NCBI GenBank assembly: GCA_023213395.1
Contig: CM041465.1
Location: 174,165,741-174,229,740 of the forward strand
Reading direction: 5' to 3'
DNA length: 64,000 nucleotides
Source: Cycas panzhihuaensis
Taxonomy: Eukaryota; Plantae; Cycadophyta
In this document: one piece after another, positions 1 through 13,079 of the stretch
How positions within the stretch are numbered: the stretch's first letter is position 1
Layout: every line of letters begins with the position of its first letter
Program-made: the position numbers and the translations under genes
Notes under the pieces: generated by a model
Databases searched by the model: none
Told to the model about the DNA's origin: nothing
Seen by the model: only the letters and a program-made list of their open reading frames with translations

Positions 1-376
1 TTTTTTTTAAATAAAAGAGGTGGATACTAAAGTGAAATAATGTGTAGAATTCAAAAATCTATTAATGATTTAGACAAGATATTTGAAATTACTATGATGT
101 CAGTTCTATAATACAAGCTGGTATTATTATGTTGTAAGATTTGTTATTATTACTATAATCTAAAGTTATATGGTTTGATACTATTACTTGTGATGCAAAT
201 ATTTCATAGATTTTACCCTTTTCTAAAAGTACAATAGTCTTAGTAGTCTTGTACTAGGTTTGGAAGTACTTAAGATTTAATAGCACAATGTACCTAGTTC
301 TATAGGCCCTTTAATAAACTTTCTAGTTATTATTATCACCTAACCCAATCTCTAAGAGTACTAACTATGGAGGAAA

Positions 377-400
377 TATATATATATATATATATATATA
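377..400. repeat. (TA)12 microsatellite
   Basis: Pure TA run seen directly. Confidence 0.95.
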
Positions 401-1310
401 ACTATGATAATTGTGTTGGGGTGTTCATGAGGCATAACTTCCTAATACTAACTGCTTATTAATATACTATAGAGGATAGGCAACCTATAGTTTACTTATT
501 CGAGGTAAGGTAGAAGAGCTTATAAGGGTTCTCTCATATATCAAAAGCTATGTGGAGGATCAATCCCATAGCTAGGCTTTATTTAAGGCTTATGTAAGTA
601 GTGCTATCTACTTTGCTTCACATATTGCCATATACCTATATATGCTTGGTTGAAAATAATAGATACTTATGATGTTTAAAGACCCTTAATAGAGGGTCTC
701 TACATATAACTAGAGGACATTGGGGGAAGGGAACTTATTGCCCACTTGTAGCTGATTGTAGAATTTTTAGAAGATAATAATAACAAAGAAAATTAGAAAA
801 AAAAGTGGAAGAGGGTTTCCTAAATTTCACCAAGGAAAGAAAAAAATTCCCAAATTTTTTCACTTATCCTATTAATTTATTTTTTTGGTGGATATGTAGC
901 TTAGTTTTGATACCACGTAGAATGAGCTTACTCTAATATCTCTCCTAACTTGAGCACTTAAACCAAAAAAATGAATTATATTACAATCCTTTATTATAAT
1001 ATGGAGAATGGATTACAAAGAAGAGCTCACAAGATCATTAAAGAGCATGAAAAGAAAACTAAAATGGGAATCAAAATACAACATCTTTAAAAAATGATAA
1101 GACTCAACAACCTTTTCTTTATAATAAGTTAGCCTTAAATAGGCAAGAGAGGCCTCTTTGTATATGATACCATTAGTGGGAAAAAGGATGCCAATTTCTA
1201 TTGGTGGATATAAGTAGACTATACACAAAGATTAATGGTTAACACTAACCGTTAAGTTCTCTTTATTGTATTTGCTAGATTAATCGTTTTTGCTTAGTGA
1301 AGAGTGGTTA

Positions 1311-1777
1311 TGTAATGAAAGCTATGTACTTTGTGTCTCTTATTTTAGTTTTAGTTTAAATTAGCTTAACATTTTACTTTTCATAAGAGTGTACTAACAC
1401 TTGCTTATTATTCTAGTATATAGATATATGACTATTTAGTCGATGATGATTTTGACCATGGTTAGTGGCTATAGAAAATTTCCACCTAAGCTTGATAGAC
1501 TAAAGAAAAGCTTTTTTGTAGCTCTACAAACACTTCTTGCTCTCATTCTGCTTTTGTTTACAATAATACTCTGCTTAGCTTACTTTGTTTGATGCTTTTC
1601 TCATCAAAAATATTGTTCTTCTATGCATTTACCCCCATCTTATTATGATTTTGGTCTATCTAACCTTAAATTTTGCTCATCCTAGTTTGATTTTCATCTA
1701 TCCCACTCTAATTTCTGCCTCTTTATGAATTTTAAAATCCTTGTGGTACTGCAAAGTTCATCATGGTATTGCAGAGC
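1311..1777 (+). mobile_element. Possible decayed LTR followed by a degenerate tRNA-iMet PBS
   Basis: ...TTCATCA at 1763 is followed by TGGTATTGCAGAGC (1764-1777; canonical TGGTATCAGAGC). A purine-rich AGTGAAGAGTGG precedes TG at 1311. No partner LTR in the window. Confidence 0.3.
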
Positions 1778-3830
1778 ATAACTTCTCGATCCTATGATAA
1801 ACTTAATGGGATGAATATTTTCACTTTCAAAAATTATTAGCCCATAGTTGTGTATTTATAGTGTCGAACTACAAATTACATATAAAGGTCATGGGTTAGC
1901 CATGGGTTTCATCCAAACCATTGGCTAATTAATGTTTTGGTATTAATTGACACTAAAACTATAGGTCTTTTTCCCATGGTTTTTTAGCAAACTATGAGTC
2001 CAAAACCATGGGCCTTGCTTCTTCTGTTTGCTTATTTATATCCTTCTTATTTGATGAAATAGGAGGCTAAAATCTATAATGTTATGTTGTTAAAATTTTT
2101 GTAGACTTTTAATGCTTTCACACTTACTTGATAGTTTTTATCCTTAGCTTGGAGACTAATAACTAGCAATTGTTGGAGCTCACTTTAATTAGAGATGCAC
2201 ACCATAGACATCTCTCATCGATCAAGAGTTGGGGCAACACCCTTCACACTCCTTCTCTTTTTCAATTGTAAATTCTTTTTTAGTTTATAATTGTTTTATG
2301 TATTTATCCATCTGTTTTTTGTTCAATACTTTATATGTTTTACTTTTCCCTTATGTGAGTGTCTTACAGGAGGGAACAAAGGCTAACTATCATCCATTGA
2401 GCTTAGAATATAGTGACAACCCTTCCAATTTTAGGGATCTATTTACTTCAACTTATTATTAGCTTTAAATAGTTGTTTCATTTTAGTTTACAACTTCTTT
2501 TAGTTGTTAAACTTTAGCTTTTTATTACATGTACTAATTTGATAGGTGGAGGAGTGCTTTAACTTATTATCATATAGGTTAAAGGCTTTTAGAGTAAATT
2601 AGAGACCCCTCTGTCTCCCCCACTCTTCTCATTAAAAGATAGTGCCTAATGTGTAGCTAGAGTATTACCTAAATTTTGTTAATATTATCAAAAGGTATGA
2701 CCCAAAAAGGTGTGTCTTAGATTTATTTTCATGCATTTTAATTTATCATCAATGAATTTTTTTTATCATCACTCAATCTAGTAAGTAAAAATGCTATCAA
2801 TTTTTTCCTAGGAAGTTTATTAATTGATGCATGTAACTAACCTTGTTTCAAGTTACTTGGTGCCTTTGATTTTGTGAGGCTTTACATCTTTAAAGGTTTA
2901 TAGAAATATTTAGAGCGAATCCCAAGTTTTCTCCTCAAAATCCTTGATTTATGGATTTCATTTCAAAATGAGAAGGCTCTAAGTTGCATCTTCTATTTTT
3001 GATTTCCATTCCAAGAGAAAAATGAGGAGAATGTTAATTGTAAGTTTATCATATCTGCTTACTTCTCCTCTCATCCTTGCATGTAGTTAGTTCAATTTCA
3101 AATGAAAAAAACATTAAAAAACTAGAAAAAGTAAAGGAATGTTGCATTACATTATATGTTTGCTTGTCCTTTGTGTATATGTATGTATGTGTTGCGAAGG
3201 CTAGAATAGAGTGGAGATTCATACTTGTTACAAGTCCTTAAATCTATGGGGCCAATAAACTCTTTGTTTTAAGCTAGTTTTATGCTATTTGCATAGAATC
3301 ATAAGAGAATCTTAGTTGCATCATTAGTTTTATTATTTGATTCTTTTAGTCTATCTTAGGTTAGGGTTTATTCTTTTTCCAAAAAGGGGGATCCATTACT
3401 TTTCTACTCGAGTCTCATCTCTGGATGAAAGAGGTGGTCTTATGTATTTAAGCAGATTGAATCATTTGATTCATGTTCTCAATGGGTTAATAGGGGGCAT
3501 CTATCTTCACCATACTCACGCATGAGGTATTAATAGCTAAGTGGACCTCATTTGCTTCCTTCAGAGAAATGACTTCTTCTGTTTTCATCTCATAGAGCAA
3601 GAGGTTCATTAGAATTAAATGTAAGTATTATTATACTCTCTCATACTTGTAGGAGTTAGATCATTGGTATTTACAAGTACCCACCATCTTATCCATAAGT
3701 GGATACATCCTATGGTATTAACTCCTTTAGACCTCTCACTCTAGTTAGTCCTTTCTCTTTTCTACTAGATTGAGTCCATCAAATTAAAGTTGGTTAGGAG
3801 TGAAGTTTATGATAGGTCAATCTTACTTTT

Positions 3831-4323
3831 GGGGGGATTAATTATGTAGGTTAGGCATATAGAAGTAGTTACATTTATGCACATATATCTTAACAACTCC
3901 CTTACACTCTAAGGGCTTTTATAAAGTGTTGTTTGGTTCTTTCGAGGACAAACACTATTAGATAGATTCATTTCATCTCAATACTTTTAATTTATTAATA
4001 GTCTACTCTCTCAGTTATTTTATGCATTTCTTCTTCATTTACTTACTTGTATCACTTATCTGATTAGATAAGTATTTCTTTTCTTTCTTTTAGATCTTTC
4101 TCCCTTTCTTCCTTTTTTCTCTTTTTGCACATTGCACATACTTATATATTACCCCTTTTAGCTTAAAACACAAATGCCTTTTGATTCCACACATGCATAC
4201 ATAAGATGCGTGAATTCCCTCGCGGGGGGTATATGCTTGTGCCCTTCTTAAATCAGATCCCCTTTGTCCTTTGAGTTTGTTTATAGGTTGTGTTGTCCAT
4301 CCTCCCCTCTCGCTTACTACACA
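3831..4323 (+). mobile_element. Possible PPT plus 3' LTR of an old Ty3/gypsy element
   Basis: GGGGGG (3831-3836), then TGTAGG (3845) ... CTACACA (4323), i.e. LTR-like termini. No second copy seen. Confidence 0.3.
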
Positions 4324-4619
4324 TTTAACATGTCATGCATAAATAAAGGTAGTACCCACTATAAAGTTAATTCATTCTCAAAATAAACCATAATAGGCTA
4401 TAACACTTTCTAAGGTAGCAAGAGCTATCTTTAGAGTAACAAAAGTGGGTTAATAAGATTCAATCTTTTGACTTAGAGATAACTTATAATAATAAGAGGT
4501 TGAATGTAATTACTAATTTATTATCTTAGAAACATGAGGATGGCCCTCAACTTTATGCCATCAACATGGTTAATCTAGGTTAGATCTTAAATGTTTAATC
4601 CAAGTATGTAAAGACCCCC

Positions 4620-6025
4620 ATATGTGGAAATTAATATTGCATATAAAAAGAGGGAGATTAGAGAAGTATAAATTTAAAAAATAACAGTATCCACTACAAG
4701 GGAAAGATCTTCCTCACGTCTAACTCCATATTCTATAAACATATATAGAAAGAAAGATACTTATTATAAAAGAATAGGATATGTAAAGCTTTTTTAGGAC
4801 ATACCTAAAGATTAAACAATTATTCTTATGTAAGTGAATAAAAAACAATATGCACAAATTTATAGTTGAATGTCCCACATACCAAATAAATAAGTATGAG
4901 AATATATATCTACTAGGGCTCTTACAACCATTGCCAATACCAAAGTAAAAGTAACAAATCATTATCATGGACTTTATGATAGGTCTTCCAAGATCTAAAG
5001 GTAAGTATTACATTGATGGACATATTAGCCACTTATAAGGTATAATAGATTACATAAGTGTTTATAAAGATGATCAATTGATTGCATAACTATGAAAGTC
5101 TATTATTAGTGGCCATGACCTGAGATTCATGAGACATTTTTGATAAGAAATATTTTCTCAAGTAGATGCCACCTTATAAATAAGCACAAGTCACTACCCC
5201 CAAATAGATGGCCAAATTAAGGTGGCAAATAAATGCTTAGAAGGATATCTAAAAGGGTTTATTTTAGACAAACAAAATTCATGGGTTAAATAACTGCATT
5301 TGGCTAAAGTATAATATAATACCACTTATTATTTCTTAATAGGGATATTATTCCTTAAGGTACTACATAGATATGGGCTAGTGTAAATTAACGACTAAGC
5401 ATAAACATATTCAAGAGTCCCAATTATACACGGATACTTCTAAAAGTCATAGGAGATAATAAGAGTTTTGAAGAAACAATTGATGAAGAATCATAATATA
5501 ATAAAAAAACATACAAGTAGATACATGATAAAATAATAATTTTAAATAGGTGGTTAGGTATATGTAAGGTTATAACCCTGTAAACAAGTATTATTAAAAG
5601 AGATAAGAAAGGAAGAGCATATCCCAATATATTATGGATAATATAAAATCAAACATCAGTTATAAGAGGTGGCATTGTCTTAGACTTGCTAAATATATTG
5701 ATATACATAATGTATTATATATATCACGCTTAAAGGAAAAAAAAAATTAAGAGAACATACTACATATTAAACTAAGGTTGCAATCTTAGATAAGGAGGAT
5801 AAATTCATTCTCCTCTTAGAATCCATTACAACAAAATGAAGGAACACTTTAATCTTTAAGATTATTAATGATACCTCATAAAATGGAAACATAATAATGC
5901 TTCATAGGAGTTAGAAACTATTGTGCAAAGGCTTATAAAATTAGAGACTTAATGCTTTATGGACATATCTATTATATGTTTGTGCCTCTTAATGGACTAA
6001 GGCATATTTAAAAATAAGAAGATAT
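4620..6025 (+). mobile_element. Degenerate Ty3/gypsy (chromovirus) pol remnant: integrase plus chromodomain
   Basis: Hand translation gives GLLQPLPIPK...MDFMIGLPRSKG (~4915-5000), STSHYPQIDGQIKVANKCLEGYL (~5180-5250), a KYYG-YKI / IHNV GPY/F-type motif (~5625-5720) and a chromodomain-like YLIKWK (~5872). Many stops and frameshifts. Confidence 0.85.
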
Positions 6026-6026
6026 T

Positions 6027-6678
6027 TATTATTTTGTAATTATGGTATTGAAATAAATGTAATTAGTTTTTGAAACACAACTCATGGTTTAGATATTCTC
6101 AATGTCTTTAAAATGAGTGATCATGGGACCCAAATAAATCTCTATGAGAAACTTATGCTAGTTTAAAGGTTGTAGTTTTAAATATGGAATATTAAGGGTT
6201 GATTTTGCTTTTAAATATTAATTATTTTAGGGTCAACCCTAGCCTAAAATAATATGTGATTTAGATATATGGCTATATATGAGGTGCAAACGAATTATTT
6301 AGAAGATTTAGTTTTTGGAATTAATTTTTCCTCTTATTTCCTTCGAGATGACATTCTATTTTTTAAAGCTAACTTACCTTAAAGAGAGATAATTATTAGA
6401 GAAGGTATTATATTATCTTATGGAAGTATTATAATATAGATAAGTTTCATTATCAGATACTATTTCCCCTTGTTAAGAACCTATAATATCTCTTATTATT
6501 TTATCCATTTATTTATTACCATATTTGTTATCATTTCAATACCTTTCTTTTCAACATAATTTGGAGTTGTCATTGGTATTCTATTATTTTAAACTTTTGA
6601 TATCTAATAGTACTTGAGTGTTTTTGTTATTTGAATCATTAGATGGCCTTGAGAAATTATTATAAGTGGTATGAGGGC
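6027..6678 (+). mobile_element. Putative LTR following the chromovirus pol, itself followed by a PBS-like motif
   Basis: Lies directly after the pol end. Ends ...TTATA (decayed TTACA) AG TGGTATGAGGGC (6667-6678), resembling the iMet PBS. Left boundary approximate. Confidence 0.45.
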
Positions 6679-7414
6679 ATGATCTTGGCCAATTAGGATT
6701 TATATCAAAGACATAAAATTTCAAGGGTGTAAATGACTATAATTAGGAAATTTAAGTTTATGGTTAAGACAAACATACTTATGTTATAAAATATAAGTGG
6801 CTATAGTATATACTCTGAAATAAAATTATGAAAGTTATAATGGTGTCAACCTCGACCTATTATCAACCATCATCTACAAGCCTAAAAATCAACTACTTCA
6901 ACTTCTTTGGACTATTACAAGGTCTACGACTATTTGATTAATCTTAAATCTTTTTTGATTTAGTGCACTTTGAGGATGTTTTCTATTAGAAGTTGTTTTA
7001 TTTAGATTGAATTTTATGGTCAAAGATTATAAATAATTTAGTAATAGGTACTATTAATATCTCCAAAACCCTTAATTTTTTAAAATTAATTTTAAGAGGG
7101 TACTATAAAAGCTAAAGCTCTCTAAATCACCTTAAAATGGACCCATTGGAATTGTTCTTTAATCCTCTTTCGATCAAAAGGTTTACATTTAGTTTCTATG
7201 GTTATGATATAGGCTATTGTAATTCTAATAGTGAAGGTCCATTTTGCACATAATAAATTTTTTTAAATTTTGCTTAAAAAGTTTTGTCATACCATTATTC
7301 TAGATTTAAATAAAACTATTATTAACCATGTTTAAATGTACTAATGAAGAGATCAATGGAATAAGAAGAGAGCTTGGTTTTACAGTAGTAAAATTAAGAA
7401 AAAGGGAAGAACAA

Positions 7415-7733
7415 TGTAATGACCCCACACTATATATAATAGAGTATAAGGTTAAGGGTTAAGGAGGATAAGAATATGGGACTACATGTAATAGAGTAGA
7501 AGGTTAAGGGTTAAGGAGGATAAGAATATGGGATTGGGTACCTTAGCAGCAAAATAATATAATAATGTGTGGCCCTCTTATAAATAGGGCATCCCCCATC
7601 GCATGTAAGACAAAGCTAGATATATTTGAATACAATCTATTAGGGTTTGCTTTGGCGCCCCTTTTGGTGATCTGTTCTGCACTTTTGCTTCTTTCTCCTT
7701 TGCTCTTGTGGTTACAAGAGTTGGCCTGTAACA
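7415..7733 (+). repeat. 5' LTR (319 bp) with an internal ~51-bp tandem duplication
   Basis: TGTAATG...TGTAACA. TAATAGAGTA(T/G)AAGGTTAAGGGTTAAGGAGGATAAGAATATGGGA occurs twice. TATA-like TATAAATA at ~7579. Confidence 0.93.
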
Positions 7734-9260
7734 GGTGGTATTAGAGCTAGCTTTGATCCATATCAGAGCCAGAGAAGGACAAACTCTTTTCCTCCCTCCT
7801 AGTTTGTTGCATATGCAAAAGAGTAATCCTTGTTAAAGGGTTTACTCAGTCCAAGATCCAGTGGTTCTACCTATTTGGTAGAAGCACCTCTCATCTTCTG
7901 CTCTCCTAATGATCCCAGGAATGTTGGGAGATGCATTCAATTTTTGAATTTCCTATGATGTGTTCAATGTGCTTCTAAGTTACTTATGTTAAATGTGAAA
8001 GATCATCGATGCGCCTTTGTGAAGCACCCATTTGAATCGTGTTTTTGTCTGACCTGTTGTTGCCTCGGTCTATAGTACTATTGGGAAATGCTCCCCGATG
8101 AATCACAACCTTGGATTTGGCAGTGATTTACTCCACTCAGTTTTTATTATCAAACGTTACTGTGGCAATTTATCTACATAATCCTTTGTGCCATGCCGTG
8201 GAGAGAGCACTCTGAATACTGAGTATTGTTACATCATTTACATCTAGTAGATTGTTGAGCCTCTCGAGGTAGAAGTGTTAACAATTCAATACGTGGACAA
8301 ACCCTTGATTGATCTCTGTGGTGAATGAATCCTCTGACTGCCTGCGTGACCGCCTCTATCTCTGGTGAAATTCGAAGTGAGAAACTCTACTATGCAAGTG
8401 TACGTGGTTAATAATTTGTCGACCTGCATTATGATGGCACTTCAACCAAGTAGTCAACCAAGCTTACTATCAGTCATAAGTTCTTATCTATGGGCGTGAC
8501 TGCATAGGTTCTTATCTTCAATCTGCCTGTAGTCAATAGATACGTCGCCCTGTTGTTAGGCATCATTGTCGTTGGAGGTACTAGATCACTCATTGTTTTC
8601 ACAGGATCCATTGATGAGAGGACCACTCATGGTTCATCTCCTCTCACATTTGAAGATCTAATCTTTTGAAAATGATTATCGGTTCGTATAAGTGAAGACC
8701 CAAACTGAAGGCATTACCACAGCTACCATTAAGCCTATTTCTTGTGTGGAACGGACTTCCGCCATCACCCAGCTTGGGAAGCCTATGTCACCATGCTGTA
8801 GTTGATTGACTCGTGAAGACTATATATTACCAGTTGTTTATCGTGGCTCTGCTATGCTGTGATCTTAGCAGTGAAGATCAAGACTGTTGAATCAATGATC
8901 CTGCCTCCACTTAAAACTCAAAGCCATAGAAGAAGACTGCAATCGACCAAGGAAAATATCTCTAGAGGCGACTCCGTGGAAAACATTGTCAACTGAATCA
9001 CTGCATCACTAGATATGTGTGCCGGTGGATATGCATCTCACGTTGCAAATACCTTGCATATAACTACACCAAGCCGGTGATCGAGCTCGCTTAGATATCA
9101 TTCGAAGAATGCAAACACAAAACGGTGATTCAAAGACGAGCAAAAATATAGCAAACCCTAATGTGATGGATACATAAAGTGACTTTGTATCTCTTATATC
9201 AAATTGATATTAAATTAATTTGGATGTCACAACATCCCAAGTCAGGGAAATACACAAGCT

Positions 9261-9445
9261 CTACTAATTGTAATGGCTAATTTGCCCCGTAGACGCAGGT
9301 CGATGATTACCCAGAGTTGTCATTTAGCGGCTATATTTGAAACATCATGCACTACTAATTGTAATGGCTAATTTGCCCAGTAGACGCAGGTCGATGATTA
9401 CCCAGAGTTGTCATTTAGCGGCTATATTTGAAACATCATGCACTA
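9261..9445. repeat. 91-bp near-perfect tandem duplication
   Basis: CTACTAATTGTAATGGCTAATTTGCCC...GAAACATCATGCA starts at 9261 and 9352, with one substitution seen. Confidence 0.95.
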
Positions 9446-10171
9446 TTATAGTAAGTTTAGGCAAGCTTGGTAATAAGTAGGGCACCTCCTAATTTGAGTA
9501 CCTCTGTAGGTTGAGATTGCAGATGGAAGTGCTAAATCATTGAGCCGCTAGTGAAAAAAAAAGCACGCAGGCCATCTATTGAGTGATGAATAATATTCCG
9601 TTAAATTATTATTTTGGAGCAGTAGGAATGATGATCTTCAAAAATTTGATACCTGATTTTATAGAAATTGGGTCACATGCGTATGGATTCGCATTAACGT
9701 GAATACTTTACATATTCAACATTGGGTAAATTTTATTTTGAAAATATTAAGTTACATTGAAATCTTCTTTCAAATCCATAGAGTATTTTTTAAACGGCCA
9801 TGTATAGTTACCAAGTGACTTAGTTCTTTTTGAAAAGAGGAGTTTAAAAGGGTTTTATAATAAGTTTATACTTATTTGTACTCTTTTTGTCATATCTTCC
9901 TCATATGGACTTAGACTTCAGTTCCATCATATTCATCAGGTTCTTTGGTTCGAGAGCTTCAATTTAAACTATTACATGATATGTTTTAGACAATTTTTGT
10001 AATAGATATTAATAGTTGAAGTGGAGTCTTATGGTTTATATCTTTTGGTTGTTTTGGCTTGTATGCCATTGATCTTGAGGCCATAATATTAAGGGGGCCA
10101 ACTGGCTATAGACACCCCCTAAAAATAAAAAAAAAAAAAAAAAAGAAGAAAGAAGAAAAACGAGGGACAAA

Positions 10172-10845
10172 TGGACCCAAGGCCTGATAGGAAATTACTT
10201 GCATCATATAAGAAATATGGTCTTCTTGATTGGTATTATGATTATGAATAATTTTTTTTCGACTACAATGATGACTTCAACCTCGTTTACTTCGGGATGG
10301 ATAGTGATATTCAACTTCATGATTGGGTTGCCACTCTAGAACAGTTCTTTGACAACTATTCTACAGTTTACTACTTCAAGTAGGACTATGTAAAAGTTAT
10401 ATTTGCTATGTTGTTTTTGTAATGGGATCTCTGTCGAATGATTTGGGATTAGTGTCTCTCACACCCAGATCTAGATTGGGCATCTTTTAAGATGGAACTT
10501 CAAAGAGAAACATGAGCCTGTCTGGCCATTGAAGCTACCACAAAAGAAGATACACAAGACCAAGACATTGGGGTGCAAGATGAAGTCGTTTTACAATACC
10601 AGGATCACTTGAATGACGAAGAATATGGGATCAAGCTACCTTATTTTAAGCTTGATAGTTCTATCTTCTTTGATGATTGGCTTGCATCCATGCTTGCATA
10701 CTTTGAAGAATATGACTTGATTGAATACCATAAGCTTTGCCTAGGTGTTCAACAATTGGAAGGCTCCCTTCAATCATGGGCACGTGAGTGGTGCCAAAAC
10801 ACTTACAGGCCAACTTGGGACCTCTTCACCTTTGTACTTCGTTAG
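10172..10845 (+). pseudogene. Two tandem diverged Ty3/gypsy gag (capsid) relics
   Basis: Copy 1 (~10270-10515): LVYFGMDSDIQLHDWVATLEQFFD...LDWASFKMELQ, with stops. Copy 2 (ORF 10573-10845): IKLPYFKLDSSIFFDDWLASMLAYFEE...LEGSLQSWARE...TWDLFTFVL. Both fit the gag pattern LP.F...DW....E.YF...L.G...W...W..F...L. Confidence 0.65.
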
Positions 10846-11291
10846 CATATTGAAGTGCACATTCCTAACCAGAGCACCCATCTAGAAAGAGAGGCCAAAC
10901 ATGAGGAAACAAAAGAAGATGAGGTAAATTTTACTTTGGATCAGCATGATGAAAACCCTCTACTTGAGGGTGTAAACATCAAGTTATCTCCATCAGCATT
11001 AATATTACAGGAGCATTTGGGTTCTTATGTTTGTGGAAACCTATATTATTACACTATGAACCCACATGTCTTTGGTTTTTATAGTCAAACGAATGACTCT
11101 GTTTTCGAGACGACATCACCATCTACGTGGACTTATGCATCTTTGTTGGACACCAACATCTTCTACAGTGGTATCTCTTCACCATCACCTTGATCAAACC
11201 ATTGCCTATGACATATTGGCAGCGGCAGGTGGTGGACACATATATCTGTATTAGGATGCTTTGAGGGCAAAGCATCTTAGGGGAGAGGGCA

Positions 11292-11604
11292 TGTAATGAC
11301 CCCACACTATATGTAATAGAGTATAAGGTTAAGGGTTAAGGAGGATAAGAATATGGGACTACATATAATAGAGTAGAAGGTTAAGGGTTAAGGAGGATAA
11401 GAATATGTGATTGGGTAGCTTAGCTGCAAAATAATATAATAATGTGTGGCCCTCTTATAAATATGGCATCCCCCATCGTATGTAAGACAAAGTTAGATAT
11501 ATTTGAATACAATCTATTAGGGTTAGTGCCCCTTTTGGTGATCTGTTTTGCACTTTTGCTTCTTTCTCCTTTGCTCTCATGGTTACAAGAGTTGGCCTAT
11601 AATA
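11292..11604 (+). repeat. 3' LTR (313 bp)
   Basis: Direct repeat of 7415-7733, with terminal ACA decayed to ATA. Confidence 0.93.
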
Positions 11605-13079
11605 AACAACATGAAATAGTATATATTGTCACAAAGATGGTGGAATTATAAGAACCTACTTATAAGCATTTTTGAAGAAGAATTAGTTGAGATGTATGAA
11701 CCTAGTCATGAAAAGTCCATTTATAAGTAATTTGAAGAGGAAGGAATTATTATACATGAATTTATCGAAGCAAGATCCATTTATAAGTATTCTAAATGTG
11801 AATTATACTTAAAATCAAGACAACTTGCTAAATTAAACGAGGTAACTATTATGCATTTAGGCCATTTCATACATTCTTCTATGTTTTTTAGTAGTTTTAT
11901 AATTCATCTTAAAGTTCCACTTCACATGGCTCTAGAGAATCCCACATTCCTAATTTACTAAGACTCTATAGTTGATGCATTACTTAAACCCATTAATTCC
12001 AATACTTTACTAAGTAAAATTATAATTTTACTTGAGATTATTGATTCTTCTTATACCTTGCATCTTAAATTGTCTATTAGGAAGTTTCTAAACAAAGGCA
12101 TACATTGCTCTACTTGTCATAATGCTCTTTTCTTTCTCATTAAACCTCCACTCTCTTTGTCTTTTAACTTGGTTATTATACATCCTTCTTATCATGTTTC
12201 ATTTCTTTACTTCTCCTCATCTTCTAAATTACATCATAGGCTATATCATCACTACCCTTATCACCCATCATCCACAGTTTAAGTCTCATTCCTTATATAT
12301 CTAATTTATATCTATATTAAATTCTTATTGCTCCTCCTTTCTGTTATCCCCTATTCTTCTACTAATCCTCCATGTATATTATAACCTTGCCTTATTCTTA
12401 ACCCATGCCATCTCTATTCATTATCCCCTTACTCTAAGTTTTATTTCTAACATATCATCCTCATAGGCTTTTATTCCCTAATCTAACTCCTAATTTATAT
12501 CATCCTTTCTCCTTATTACTTTTCCTTCAACCTTCCATAGTACTTTACACATATTTTTTGGTTTTTGTACACCATTCTTATGTATCTCTATCGAAACCAC
12601 TTATCGATATAATATACCTATCATATCCTTTTACTCCTTATTTCTTATCTAAACCACTATACTATTTATATGTTAATACTACTTATAAGTAATACACCCC
12701 CTACCTTCCCATCATCTCTTTATGCTCTTCAACACTTAATATTTATTTTCTTTGTAGCCTTCTTATTAGTTTCCATCTATATAATTCCTTATATATCCTC
12801 CACTCCTCATTCTCCTTTTATAATAACTATTTTAAATGCTAGTTTCTACATAGTCCTCTTATAAGTTCTTATCTAAATAACTTATCTATATAAGACCTCA
12901 ATTATATTCCCTATTCCTTGTCCCTTATTTATGTTATATATAAGATGGAAATAATTCCATATAGTAGAGAATGGAGGAGAGAAGACAAGAAGTGAAAGGT
13001 AAAAGTTAGGTTTTATATTCTACTCACTTTATAAAATACACTTATATTTATAAAATATTCTCACATACATGAGATTTCC

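Larger units (their letters stand above)
7415..11604 (+). mobile_element. Complete non-autonomous LTR retrotransposon (about 4.2 kb, chromovirus-derived, no pol)
   Basis: Two LTRs about 95% identical (roughly 15 substitutions plus one 6-bp indel by eye). Perfect 5-bp TSD AACAA (7410-7414 / 11605-11609). PBS TGGTATTAGAGC 7736-7747. PPT AGGGGAGAGGG just before 11292. No RT, RH or INT motif found inside. Confidence 0.93.

Noticed and set aside
12058-12864. Short hydrophobic ORFs in CT-rich DNA (also 19397-21339 plus strand and 46857-47315)
   Set aside because: Low-complexity TE-internal sequence with no recognisable domain.
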